A DNA stretch of 64,000 nt from Malacoraja senta (taxonomy: Eukaryota). Numbering within the stretch: position 1 is the first letter of the stretch; each line of letters begins with the position of its first letter. The DNA lies in NCBI GenBank assembly GCA_038087875.1, contig JAXLNO010000499.1:62001-126000 (forward strand). Reading direction: 5' to 3'. The position numbers were made by a program, and so were the translations under genes. The notes beneath the pieces are model-generated. The model saw nothing but the letters and a program-made list of their open reading frames with translations, had not been told where the DNA came from and searched no databases. Shown here one piece after another: positions 12,374-25,495 of this stretch.

Positions 12374-14319
12374 GATCGCTGGTCGGCGCGGACTCGGTGG
12401 GCCGCAGGGCCTGTTTCCACGTGTATCTCTAAAGTACTGATTGTGGATGATCAGTCACGATCACATTGAATGGCGGTGCCGGCTCGAAGGGCCAAATGGC
12501 CTTCTGCTGCACTTATTGTCTATTGTCTCAAGCAAATAATATCCAAAAATATTTTTCATCCTCCTAGTACCAACTCTTTGAATCAAGAACCAGAGGACAT
12601 AAGTTTAATATGAGAGGGGACCCTGAAGGGCAATTCTTTCACACAGAGGTTGGTGGGTGTATGGAACAAGTTGCCAGAAGAAGTAGTTGCAGCAGGTACT
12701 ATAACAACATTTAAAAGATATTTGGATAAAAGATATTAGGTACATGGATAGGAAAGGTTTAGAGGGATATGGGTCAAACGCAGGCGGGTAGGATTAGCGT
12801 AGATGGGGGCAATTAGGTTGATATGGGCAAGTTGGGCTGAAGGGCCTGTTTCCATGTGTTATCTTTAAACTAAACTAAACTCTTAAATTGCTTCAGATTC
12901 TGGAAATCTGGAACAAAAACAGAATATGCTGGAAAAAAGCTCAACAGGTCAGGCAGCATCTGTGGAAGAACCTTTCCTTTAACTGCGCCCTTCCTCAGAA
13001 ACCAGTTCTCAGTTTTTCCAGCGTTTTCTAGCTTTGTTTCTATTTCAGGTGAATGTGCTACTGCGCGTGGTTCCAATACACAAATTGGATATAATATTAA
13101 CGATGACCGGGATCACTACGTATTCAGCTGGCCAAATTAGTTATAATGCAATTTTAAGAAACTAGAGAACCATTTAAAAGCTACTTTGGAAATTGACAAG
13201 CAAAAAAAAAAAAGCTGGCTTGGGGAAAAAAGGTTTAGGGGAAAAAAACTGTTTCCATGTAATCTCCCCGTGGTAATCAGACATCATTTCCCCTTAAGAA
13301 CACAGTCTTTCACCGTGGGAGGACATAGAAATTGACAAGCAATCGCTTCCATTGACACTTGTGCAATGATACCCTTTTAAACAATGTAATACTTTAGTAT
13401 TGTTAGCTCGCAGTAATAAAAATAACCTTACTGTTATTGAAAATATTTATTTTCTTAAATCTTGCAGGAAAAATAATGTTGTTATTAACATTTGAAGCTG
13501 TCTTGGACATAGAACAAGAGGAAGAGGACTGGACTTTGCTGCCTTCCCTCACAGTGGGAACCATTGTGGGGGGATGTTTTTATGTTTAATGTTAAATTCT
13601 TCTTTAATGTTGTGTTTTATTTTTATTGGTGTGCTGCAAATTGCAACTCAAATTTCACTACACCAATTGGTGTATGTGACAATAAATGTCCTTTGTCATT
13701 TGTTATCTTTGTGACATGATTTTCGATAATGGAATGTTTCTTACAAACACAACTATGGCATTGGAACATAACTACCTGTATGAGGTTTTGACCAGCTGAT
13801 GATGGGTTCACAGTGCCTGCAGGAGCAATTCCAAACAGTGCTAATGTTCAGTTTAGTTAATTGGCACATGTACTATACCAAGGTGCAGTGAAAAGCATTT
13901 TTGTGGCGTGCTATCCAGTCAGCGAAAAGACTCTACATGAATCAAGCCAGCCAGTGTACAGATACAAAATAATGGGAACATCGTTTAGTGCAAGATAAAG
14001 TCCAGTAGAGTCCGATTAAAGATAGTCCAAGGGTCTCCAATGAGGTAGATGGGACAGCTCTCTAGTTGGCGATAGGATGGTTCAGTTGCCTGATAACGGC
14101 TGGTTTTGTTGCTCAATGCATTTTATGACTTTGCATTATGGAAGGAGTGTGAACGGATCGGTTTTCTCGGAAGTTACTGCGCGTGTTGTGTATTTTGAAA
14201 TCATCTTTGTCAGAATATTAGAGAAGATCGAGATAAAATACTTCTTCAAACTAAATGGTGAATTGAACAGTTTTGCGTTGGTGGTAACTGTTGCGAGACA
14301 TTAGCTTGGATGCTGTTGG

Positions 14320-16506
14320 ATCTCTATGGTAGAACTGCGAAATATCAAGGGCTGAAAAAGCTTGTTGGAGTTGTATACAGACCACCAAGCAGCAGTAGGG
14401 AAGTTGGGGATAGCATCAAGCAGGAAATTAGGGATGCGTATAGCAAAGGTACAGTAGTTATCATCAGTGACTTTAATCTGCATACAGATTGGGCTGAGCA
14501 AATTAGTAACAACACTGAGGAGGTGGATTTCCTGGAGTGTATACAGGATGGTTTTCTAAACCAAGATGTAGAGGAACCAACTAGAGGGCAGGCCATCCTA
14601 CACTGGGTATTGTGTAATGAGGAAGGATTAGTTGGCGATCTTGTTGTCAAAGCCCCTTGGGCAACAGTGACCACAATTCTGCATTAAGATGGAGAGTAAT
14701 ACAGTTTAATCAGAGACGAGGGTCTTGAACATAAAGAAAGGTAACTATGAGGTGGGAATTGGCTAGGATAGACTGGCAAATGATGCTTAAAGGATTGACG
14801 GTGGAGATCCAATGGCAAAGATTTAAAGATCGCATGGATGAATGACAAGAATTGTTCATCGCTGTCTGGCATAAAAATAAAACGGGAAAGCTCAACGAGG
14901 GAAATTGGGGACAATGTTAAATCCAGGAGGCATATACATTGGCCAGCGGAAGCAGCTAACCGGAGGACTGGGAGAAATTTAGAATTCAACAGAGGAGGAC
15001 AAAGGGGTTAATTAAGAGGGGGGGGAAAGAACATGAAATAAAGCTTGATGGGAATTAAAAACTGACTGTAAATGCTTCTTTAGATATGCGAAGAGGAAAA
15101 GATAAGTGAAGACAAATGTAGCTCCCTTACAGTCAGAAACATGTGAATTTACAATGGGGAACAAGGAAATGGCAGACCAGTTAAAAACAAGTACTTTGGT
15201 TCTGTCTTCACTAAGGAAGAAACAAACAATCCCTAGAAATACTAGGTGACTGAGGATCTAGTGGGAGGGAGGAATTGAAGGGAATCCACAGTAGTCAGGA
15301 AATGGTGTTTGATTGGGACTGAAGGCAGATAAATCCCCAGGGCCTGATGGTCTACATCCCAGAGTACACAAGGAGGTGGCCCTAGAAATCGTGGATGCAT
15401 TGGTGATCATTTTCCAATATTCTATAGACACTGGGTCAGTTCCTGTGGACTGGAGGGTAGCCAATTAAGAAAGGAGAGAGAGGGAAAACGGAATTATAGA
15501 CCAATCAGCCTTACATCGGTAGTGGGGAAGATGCTTGAGTCGATTATTAAAGATGTAATAGCAGCACATTTGGAATGACAGGATCGGTCAGTCAGCATGG
15601 ATTTATGATGGGGAAATCATGCTTGACTAATCTTCTGGAATTTTTTGAGGATGTAACAAGTAGAATGGATAAGGGAGAGCCAGTGGATGTGGTGTATATG
15701 GACTTTCAAAAAGCTTTTGGCAAGATCCCACACTAAAGAGATTAGTGTGCAAAATTAGAGCACGTGGTATTGGGGGTAGAGTATTGACATGGATAGAGAA
15801 CTGGTTGGCAGACAGGAAGCAAAGAGTAGGAATTAACAGGTCATTTTCAGAATGGCAGGCAGTGACTAGTGGGGTGCCGCAAGGCTCAGTGCTGGGACCC
15901 TATTTATTTACAATATATTTTAATGTTTTAGAAGAAGGAATTAAATGTTAAATCTCCAAGTTTGCAGATTACACAAAGCTGTGTGCCAGTGTGAGCTGCG
16001 ATGAGGATGCTATGAGGCTGCAGGGTGACTTGGATAGATTGAGTGAGTGGGCAGATGCATGGCAGATGCAGTATAATGTGGATAAATGTGACGTTATCCA
16101 CTTTGATGGCAAGAACAAGGCAGATTATTATTTGAATGGTGTCAGATTAGGAAAAGGGGAGGCGCAACGAGACCTGGGTGTGCTGGTGCATCAGTCACTG
16201 AACGTAAGCATGCAGGTACAGCAGGCAGTGAAGAAAGCTAATGGCATGTTGGCCTTCATAGCGAGAGGATTTGAGAAAAGGAGCAAGGTGGTCCTACTGC
16301 AGTTGTACAGGCCCTGATGAAAACGCACCTGGAGTATTGTGTGCAGTTTTGGTCTCCTAATTTGAGGAAGGACATTCTTGCTATTGAGGGAGTGCAGAGT
16401 AGGTTCACCAGGTTAATTCCCGGGATGGCGGGATTGACCTATGATGAAAGAATGGATCGACTGGGCTTATATTTACTGGAATTTAGACAGATGAGAGGGG
16501 ATCTTA
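14320..16506 (+). mobile_element. CR1/HER1 LINE, decayed ORF2 (APE endonuclease and RT), interrupted; resumes at 19415-19785
   Basis: VGVVYRPP and DFN (endonuclease), SPGPDG, QHGF..GKSCLTNL, SGVPQGSVLGP, FAD.TK (RT), with many stops and frameshifts. 'gatctta' at 16506 rejoins 'tagaaacat' at 19415. Confidence 0.92.
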
Positions 16507-16532
16507 TCCATCTATCTATCTATCTATACATA

Positions 16533-18145
16533 CAGTGGCTTGCAAAAGTTTTCATACCCCTTGAACTTTTCCACATTTTGTCACGTTACAACCACAAACG
16601 TAAATGTAGTTTATTGGGATTTTATGTGATAGACCAACACAAAGTGGTGCATAATTGTGAAGTGGAAGGAAAATGATACATGGTTTTCAAATTTTTTTAC
16701 AAATAACAAACTGAAAAGTGTGGCGTGCAAAAGTATTCAGCCCCCTTTACTCTGATACCCCTAAATAAAATCCAGTGCAACCAATTGCCTTCAGAAGTCA
16801 CCTAATTAGGAAATAGAGTCCATTTGTGTGTAATCTAATCTCAGTATAAATACAGCTGTTCTGTGAAGGCCTCAGAGGTTTGTTAGAGAACATTAGTGAA
16901 CAAACAGCATCATGAAGCCCAAGGAACACACCAGACAGGTCAGGGATAAAGTTGTGGAGAAGTTTAAAGCAGGGTTAGGTTATAAAAAAAATCCCAAGCT
17001 TTGAACATCTCACGGAGCACTGTTCAATCCATCATCCGAAAATGGAAAGAGTTGGCACAACTGCAAACCTACCAAGACATGGCCGTCCACCTAAACTGAC
17101 AGGCCGGGCAAGGAGAGCATTGATCAGAGAAGCAGCCAAGAGGCCCATGGTAACTCTGGAGGAGCTGCAGAGATCCACAGCTCAGGTGGGAGAATCTGTC
17201 AACAGGACAACTATTAGTCGTGCACTCCACAAATCGGGCCTTTATGGAAGAGTGGCAAGAAGAAAGCCATTGTTGAAAAAAAACCATAAGAAGTCCCGTT
17301 TGCAGTTTGCCACAAGCCATGTGGGGGACACAGCAAACATGTGGAGGAAGGTGCTCTGGTCAGATGAGACCAAAATTGAAGTTTTTGGCCTAAATGCAAA
17401 ACGCTATGTGTGGTGGAAAACTAACACTGCACATCACCCTGAACACACCATCCCCACTGTGAAACATGGTGGTGGCAGCATCATGCTTTGGGGATGCTTT
17501 TCTTCAGCAGGGACAGGGAAGCTGGTCAGTGTTGACGGGAAGATGGATGGAGCCAAATACAGGGCAATCTTGGAAGAAAACCTGTTAGTCTGCAAAAGAC
17601 TTGAGACTGGGGCGGAGGTTCACCTTCCAGCAGGACAACAACCCTAAACATACAGCCAGAGCTACAATGGAATGGTTTAGATCAAAGCATATTCGTGTGT
17701 TAGAATGGCCCAGTCAAAGTCCAGACCTAAATCCAATTGAGAATCTCTGGCAAGACTTGAAAATTGCTGTTCACAGACGCTCTCCATCCAATCTGACTGA
17801 GCTTGAGCTATTTTGCAAAGAAGAATGGGCAAACATTTCAGTCTCTAGATGTGCAAAGCTGGTAGAGACATACCCCAAAAGACTTGCAGCTGTAATTGCA
17901 GCGAAAGGTGGTTCTACAAAGTATTGACTCAGGGGGGCTGAATACATTTGCACGCCACACTTTTCAGTTTTTTATTTGTAAAAAGATTTGAAAACCATGT
18001 ATCATTTTCCTTCCACTTCACAATTATGCACCACTTTGTGTTGGTCTATCACATAAAATCCCAATAAAATACATTTACGTTTGTGGTTGTAACGTGACAA
18101 AATGTGGAAAAGTTCAAGGGGTATGAAAACTTTTGCAAGCCACTG
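16533..18145 (+). mobile_element. Tc1-like transposon, 1613 bp, DD34E transposase 16912-17927 with two frameshifts
   Basis: TA|CAGTGGCTTGCAAAAG ... CTTTTGCAAGCCACTG|TA; about 210-bp near-perfect TIRs; motifs [33 protein letters not shown]; frameshifts near 16990 and 17588. Confidence 0.96.
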
Positions 18146-18474
18146 TAAATAAAACTCTCATCTTGTTATCTTCCGGTTAGCGTTGTTTTTACAGTTGCTC
18201 AAAAACGGAATGCAATAGCGCTATGATATTTCGCCACCTTACTCGCCATTGTCCTGTGCTGCAAACGCACCTAGTTTTGTACCGATCGGTGGTATATCTT
18301 AAAAATTATTAAGGTTTAAAAATCTTAAAAACCACGCATGTTCAGATTGGTCTCCTCTCCTGTCAGTCACGGCCGGGACGGCGACGCCCCTTCCTGCACC
18401 ATCGCCTCACTGATTGGCCGCCTCCACTGTCAGTCACCGGGCATGGACCGCCTTGCTGCCGGCGCCCATCTCCC

Positions 18475-18858
18475 CAAAGATCCTATAGCGGAGCAAGATA
18501 GACCACTCCTGCTAAATGCAATGGGCTAACGTCTAGTACGCAACGGAGCGGATCGTGGGCCTTTTTTTCATCCATTTCAGTAACCCGACCTGACCCGCAG
18601 TGTAATCAACGATGCGGGGGAACAGTTTGTGTTAATAAATTATAATTCTGAAAATAAGAAGATTTTTACCAAATAACTTTTATTTTTACGAGGATGTGTC
18701 CATAACCGGCTTCCGTCTCCGCACTAGTATCTTTGCTCCACTATGAGAACTTTGGTGCGGAGACGGAAGCCGGTTACGGAAATGGGGCCGAAAATTACCC
18801 ATATATCTGCCCATGACCGCACTACGTCTTTTTTGTCGAGTGGGCTATAGGATCTTTG
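18475..18858. mobile_element. hAT-type MITE, 384 bp, inside the Helitron
   Basis: TIR CAAAGATCCTATAGC / GCTATAGGATCTTTG; perfect 8-bp TSD CATCTCCC. Confidence 0.9.
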
Positions 18859-19968
18859 CATCTCCCTACCTGCCTGCCGGCGCCCACCTTCCCTCCTACC
18901 TGCCGGCGCCCACCTTCCTGCCGGCTCGGCCCATCTTCCTGCCAGTGCCCATCTTCCTGCCGGCGAGGTCTGCCCACCGGGGATTCCGAGGCGTAGGCGC
19001 TGGGGGAGGAGGCGGAATAGACGGAGTGGAAGGGAGAGTGGGGGCGGTAGGGAGTGCGGAATATACGGAGAGGAGTGCAGTGGGAGACGTGAGCAGGGGT
19101 AGTGGGGGGGATAGGGGAGGTGAGGGTGGTGGGGGAGGTGGAGGATAGAGGGATAGGAGGAGGGTAGTGAGGGGAGGGGAGTTATGGAGGGAGGGAGTGA
19201 CTGAGGGTCGGGGAAAGGAGAGGGAGGGATTGGGGAGTGGAGGAGGTGAGAGGAAAGGAGAGGGAGGGTGAAGAGGAGGGGGAGGGAGTGCTGGGGGATG
19301 AGGGGAAATGAGCCGCGCCTACGCAGTTAGGGGTTACGGGTGAGTGGGGGAATATTGCGTTGGGGGACCAGGCCTCCCGTGTGCCAGGGACCCAACAGAT
19401 CCCACTTAGTCCAGTAGAAACATAAAATCCTTAAGGGATTGGACAGGCTAGATGCAGGAAAAATGTTCCCCATGTTGGGTGAGTCCAGAACCAGGGGTCA
19501 CAGTTTAATAATAAGGGGTAGGCCATTTAGGACTGAGATGAAGAAAAACCTTTTCAGCCACAGAGTGGAGATTCTGTGGAATTCACTGCCACCGAAAGCA
19601 GTGGAGGCCAATTCAGTGGATGTATTCAGGAGAGAGTTAGATAAAGTTCTTAGGGCGAACAGAATCAAGGGATATAGGGAGAAAGCAGGAACAGCGTACT
19701 GATTCTGAATGATCAGCCATGATCATATAGAATGGCAGTTCAGGGCCGAATGGCCTACTCCTGCACCTATTTTTTATGTTTCTAATTAGAGCATTTCTTC
19801 CTGTGCCTTTAAACAGGGATATGATCAGTCTTTACAAATTAGTAATACAGCGTGGAAACAGGCCCTTTGACCCATCTTACGTACATCGACCAACATGTCC
19901 CGTCTACACTAGTCCCACCTGCCTACATTTGGCCCATATCCCTCTAAACCTGTCCTATCCATATACCT

Positions 19969-20170
19969 ACACTGCCCTCCATGTTTGGGACAAAGACCCA
20001 TCATTTATTTATTTGCCTCTGTACTCCACAATTTGAGATTTGTAATAGAAAAAATCGCAATGTGGTTAAAGTGCACATTGTCAGATTTTAATAAAGGCCA
20101 TTTTTATGCATTTTGGTTTCACCATGTAGAAATTACAGATGTGTTTATACAAAGTCTCCCCATTTCCGGG
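19969..20170. mobile_element. Isolated TIR of the Tc1 family found at 44191-45794
   Basis: CACTGCCCTCCATGTTTGGGACAAAGACCC... matches that element's terminal repeat. Confidence 0.8.
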
Positions 20171-20179
20171 ACCTCTGAA

Positions 20180-20910
20180 GACTCTTGAAAGACGTGATGG
20201 CGAAGCTGAAAAATATGCAGTTTGCATATCGGGCCAATAGATATGTGGATGATGCAGTCAACCTGGGCCTGCACTTCATCCTCCAGCACCTAGACCACCA
20301 GGGGACCTATGCGAGGATCCTGTTTGTTGATTTTAGCTCCGCATTCAACACCATTGTGCCAGAGCTACTACACTCCAAACTTTCCGAGTTGACTGTGCCT
20401 GAACCCCTCTGTCGGTGGATCACCAGCTTCCTGACAGGAAGCAGCATGTGAGGCTGGGAAAGTATATCTCGGACCCGCAAACCCTCAGCATAGGAGCACT
20501 GCAAGGCTGGCTGCGTACTCTCCCCTCTCCTCTACTCTCTAATGACTGCACCTCCACTGACTCCTCTGTCAAGCTTCTCAATTTTACGGACGACACAACC
20601 CTGATTGGACTGATCCAGGATGGGGAGGAATCTGCCTAGACAGGAAGTGACACAGCTGGCGTCCTGGTGTCATCGCAACAACCTGGAGCTCAATGCTCTT
20701 AAGACAGTGGAATTGATTGTAGACTTCAGGAGAGCTCCCCCTCCCCTCACCCCACTCACCAAGTCACATCTGTAGAGTCTTTTAAGTTCCTGGGAACTAT
20801 CATCTCCAAGGACCTTAAGTGGGGGGCTTAGTCCACAGTCAAAAAGGCACAACAGAGGATGTACTTCCTGCGGCAGCTGAGGAAGCACAATCTGCCACAG
20901 GCAATGATGG
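20180..20910 (+). mobile_element. Rex1/Babar-type LINE RT fragment
   Basis: QFAYRANR.VDDAV, RILFVDFSSAFNTI.P, F.DDTTLIGLI. Confidence 0.85.
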
Positions 20911-22516
20911 TTAGGTCACCTCATATTTCTCTATCTTGAAACTCCATCAACCATTCCTCACATGGCCATCCAATCAAGATCCTCCTGCAATTTTTGACAA
21001 CCATCATCACTATCTGCATTTATTGCAGTAATCTGGCCTTCTGAGGAGATATAACACAACATTCTGCAGTCTGGTATTTTACTCTTCGCACTACCTGTTG
21101 TGAATGGCTAGATGTACTCATGTATAGTATGATTTGACTGGATAGCACACAAAGTTTTTCAATGTATCTCGGTACACTTGATAATAACAATAATACAATA
21201 GAATATTGCTGTTGTGGTACGTTAGGATGCGATTCAGGAAATGGAGTGGAAGCAGAAGCAGAAGCAGAGAAAGCGTCCCAGACATCTCATTCCTGTTCTA
21301 ATTACACAGGGTCACAGTGAATTTATTGAGACATACAGCACAGCAGGGGAACAGTCCCTTCTTCCCACAGTGTCTGTACTGAACAGTTTTTCACTGTATC
21401 TTGGAGCACATGGTACCAGTGCCGAATACATCCGCATCACAGAAAGATCTAACACCTGATGGGTATTTTCTTAAGAAGTGAAAAGAAATTGATGAGGGTT
21501 TCGATACTAGTGTAGATGAGGCATCTTGGTCAGCATGAGCAGGTTGAGCCGAAGGGCCTGTTTCCGTGCTGTATGCCTCTATGACTCTAACATCTATCGA
21601 CCAATGGCTTCCACTGGTAACAGGTTGCTTTAAGGTAATTGACAAATTTCTTTCATGCATCAAGATTTTGTGATCAATAATCTTCCACTGACAGGGGGAA
21701 ACGTTCATCTGTAATTTTCAACAGGGTACTGTACGGTTAAGGAAGAAGTAGGGAAATGTGGCTGAACGGACACCTATAACCAGCCGAACAACCGCGTCGA
21801 CCGACACGTACCATCCCGGTAGGCGCGCCTCGCCCCACAGGCCTCCCAGGGAAGGAGCTTCAGCGGCGGCGGCAGCAGGAGCCTCGGCGGCAAGGGAGCC
21901 TCGGTGGCAGTGGGAGCCTCAGCGGCGGTGGGGCCTCGTGATCGACCCGCGATCATGGGAAGACAATGGGGACCCAGCATGGGGGGGGGGGCCATCGTGA
22001 GGGACGGTGGGAGAACAAAGGGGGACCCGGTGTGGAGGAGGAGGGGGGGCACTCTATTTTAATTTCACATTTTCGTCTACCTTGTGTGTAATGACTGTTG
22101 GCAGACCAATTTCCCTCCGCGGATGAATAACGCTCTGGCGTATCGTATCATATAAGACCTAGTCCTGTAAGACCTCGTCCTGACTCTATCAGGAGGGGAA
22201 AGCAGGGGATCCCGGTCATGCTCTCATCTCGCTCCTACCATCCAGAAGAAGGAGCAGGAGCCTGAAAACCATGACCACCAGGTTCATGAACAACATCCCA
22301 GCAACCGTCAAGCTCCTGAACACTATACCACGCTAACCTTCGCAAATATGACCTTCTATTGTCTGTGTCTTTGCATGCACTGCAGACTTTTGTTTTTGGA
22401 CAATTACAGTTATGGTAATACATATTGTATTATTGATTATTGGTTTATTATTGTCACACGGCCTGAGATACAGTGATAAACCTTTGCTTGCATTCTATCC
22501 AAGTGAATCAGATATT

Positions 22517-22823
22517 TGCACGGTGGCGCAGCGGTAGAGTTGCTGCCTTACAGCACTTGCAGCTCCAGAGACCCGGGTTCGATCCCGACTACGGGTGCTG
22601 TCTGTAGGGAGATTGTACGTTCTCCCCATGAGTTTCCACCGAGATCTTCGGTTTCCTCCCATACTCCAAAGATGTACAGATTGGTAGGGTAATTGGCTTG
22701 GTATAAATGTAAATTGTCCCCAGTGTGTTTAGGATAGTGTTCGTGTGCGGGGATCGCTGGTCGGCGCCGACTCGGTGCGCCGAAGGGCCTGTTTCCGCAC
22801 TGTATCTCTAAAACTAAAACTAA
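22517..22823 (+). mobile_element. tRNA-derived V-SINE (HE1-like)
   Basis: A box TGGCGCAGCGG, B box GGTTCGATCC, V-domain, CR1-like tail ending in CTAAAA repeats. Confidence 0.85.
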
Positions 22824-24219
22824 ATAAATTACTATATACAAATAGATTCAAGCAAAACACAAGTACAGAGGTAGAGCAAGGGGAAAAGCACCAGAGTGCA
22901 GAGTATAGTTTCTCACCACTGTAACTCACCAGTGGGATTAATATGTATTATCTGTGTGTATTGTGTAAACAGTCCTGTTCAGCTGTAATGTTCTAATGTC
23001 GAGACATGAGAATTAAATGTTTCTGACTCTCTTCATTCATCCCTATAGATAACGACATACCATGGAATCATTTTTGAATTAAAGATACAGCCCACCGATT
23101 CCACGCCAACCATTGATCACCAGTTCATACTAGTTCTATGTTATTCCATTTTCGCATTCACTCCCCAGGTTCAAGGAGCAATTAACAGAGGCCCAATAGA
23201 CCTGCACGCCTTTGTGATAGAACATTTAGAATATAGGACAGTACAGCACAGGAACAGGCCCTTCAGCCCACCATGTCTGCACCGAGCATGATGCCAAGAC
23301 TAACTCTTATCTGTCTGCACATCATGCATGTCCTACGCACCTAACACTCCCTACACACGAGGGGCAATTTGCAGAGGCCAATTAGCATACAAACCCGCGT
23401 GCCTTTGGGATGTGGGAGGAAACCGCTGGTCACTGAGAGAACATGCAAACTCCACGCAGACTGGAACCAAGATTCAAATTGAACCTGGGTCTCTGGCGCT
23501 GTGAGACAGTGGTTCTACCAGTTGCGCCACTCTGCTGCTCGAGAATAAGAAGTCGTAGAGACTCAAGGAAGGGCAGATGCAGGTTTACAAACAAAGACAC
23601 AAAGTTCCGAAGTAATACAGTGGCTCAGGCAGTATCACAAGCAACATGAACAGGTGGACAAATTGAAGAATAGAGGGCATAGCTTTAAGCTGCAAGGGGC
23701 AAAATGTAAAGGAGATGTGCGGGGCAAGGCTTTTACACAGAGGGTGGCGGGTGCCTGGAACGCGCTGCCAGGGGTGGTGGTGGAGGCAGATACGATAGTG
23801 GTGTTGAAGAGGCTTTCGGATAGGCACTTGGATACGCAGGCAATGGTGGGATATGGATTATAAACAGATAGGTAAGAGATGGAATATCACGGATCTGCAG
23901 TTGTTGGTTTATACCAAAGAAAGAGGCAGAATGCTGGCATAACTCAGCATGCTATGAATGCTGCCTGACCCGCTGAGTTACTCCAGCATTTTGTGTCTTT
24001 TTTGTAGATGAGAGATGGTCATTGCATCATGCTCGGCAGTCACTGTGGGCCAAAGGGCCTGTTCTGATGCTGTACATCTGCAGAGTGAAGAATGGAATCT
24101 TTAAAATTCCAAGTACATATAATTAGTTGAAGTTAAAAACTCTCCCACTGCCAGGGTAGGAATTGAATTTACATTTCTGGATCAGTCATCCTCAATTAAG
24201 ATGCTGGTCCTATAACTTG

Positions 24220-25470
24220 GTGCAGCGGCAGTGTTAATGCTTTACAGAGCTTGCAACGGCGGAGACCCGGGTTCGATCCTGATTGCGGATGCGTTCTGTA
24301 CGGAGTATTGTACATTCTCCCTGTAACTGCGTGGGTTTTCTCCGAGATCGGTTTCTTCACAAACTCCAAAGATGTACAGGTTTGTAGGTTAATTGGCTTG
24401 GTGTATGTGCAAATTGTCCCTAGTGTGTGTGGGAGAGTGTTAATATGCGGGGATCACAGGTCGGCGCGGACTCGGTGGTACGAAGGACCTGTTTCCACGC
24501 TATCTCTAAACTAAACTTGGCGACAACACTAGCAGACATACGTGAAAAAGTGGCGCAGTGGTAGAGTTGCTGCCTCACAGAACCAGAGACCTGGGTTCGA
24601 TACTGACCTTGGATGCCGTCTGTATAGAGTTTGCACATTCTCCCTGTGACTGCGTGGGTTTTCTGTGGGTGCTCCGGTTTCCACCCACTTCCCAAAGACG
24701 TGCGGGTTAGTAGGTTAATTGGCCTCTGCAAATTGCCCCTGGTGTGTAGGCAGTGGATGCAAAAGCGGGATAACATAGAACACGTGTGAACGGGTGATCG
24801 ATGGTCAGCATGGGATCAGTGGGCCGAAGGGCCTGTTTCCGTGCTAAACCAAACCCAACTCAGCTGGAGAGACTAGCTAGACGGTGGTAGAGCTGCTGCC
24901 TTACAGCACCAGACCAGGATTCGATCCTGACCTTGGGTGCCGGGTACGGAGTTTGCACGTTCCCCCTGTGACCACGTGGGTTTTCTCCGGGTTCAACGGT
25001 TTCCTTCCATACTCCAAAGATGTGCAGGTTTGTAGGTTAATTGGAAACTTTTAATTGCCCCGAGTGTGTAGGATAGTGCTGGTGCATGGGGTGATCGCTG
25101 GTCGGCGCGGACTCGGTTGATCGAAGGGCCTGTTTACACGCTTTATCTCTAATTTACACCGAAGATATGGGACTTGGTAGGTTAATTAGCCGGTGCAAAT
25201 TGTGTGTAGAGCAGGTGGGAAAGTAGGATACCGTAGATCTAATGTGAACGGGTGATCAATGGTCAACAGGGACTCAGTAGGCAGAAAGGCCCGTTTCCAT
25301 GCTGTATCTCACAAACTAAACTCGTGTGAACGGGTGATAGCCAGTCGGCGCGGACTCGGTGGGCCAAAGGGCCAGTTTCCACGCTGCGTCTCTAAACTAA
25401 ACTAGTGTGAACGGGTGATCGATGTACGGCATAGACCACGGTTGACCGAAAGGACTGTTTCCACACCAGA
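24220..25470 (+). mobile_element. Three tandem V-SINEs plus additional tandem SINE 3' tails
   Basis: Pol III A/B-box heads near 24220, 24550 and 24883; repeated 'gtgaacgggtgatcg...gggcctgtttcc' tails up to the ZNF131 donor. Confidence 0.8.
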
Positions 25471-25495
25471 TGAAGCCAAGGAGACGACTGCTTAC

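Larger units (their letters stand above)
16507..19414 (+). mobile_element. Non-autonomous Helitron inserted in CR1
   Basis: 5' TC followed by (TCTA)n; 3' hairpin GGGACCC-AAC-AGATCCC then ACTTAGTCCAG (CTAG variant); A|T target with no TSD; 3' end homologous to the element at 46581-49221. Confidence 0.8.

Noticed and set aside
12052..12469. ORFs spanning the N-run
   Set aside because: Artefacts of the assembly gap.
13776..13816. Possible 41-nt minus-strand exon (GTVNPSSAGQNLIQ) in phase with ZNF131
   Set aside because: AG/GT are present but there is no similarity to ZNF131; such matches arise by chance.
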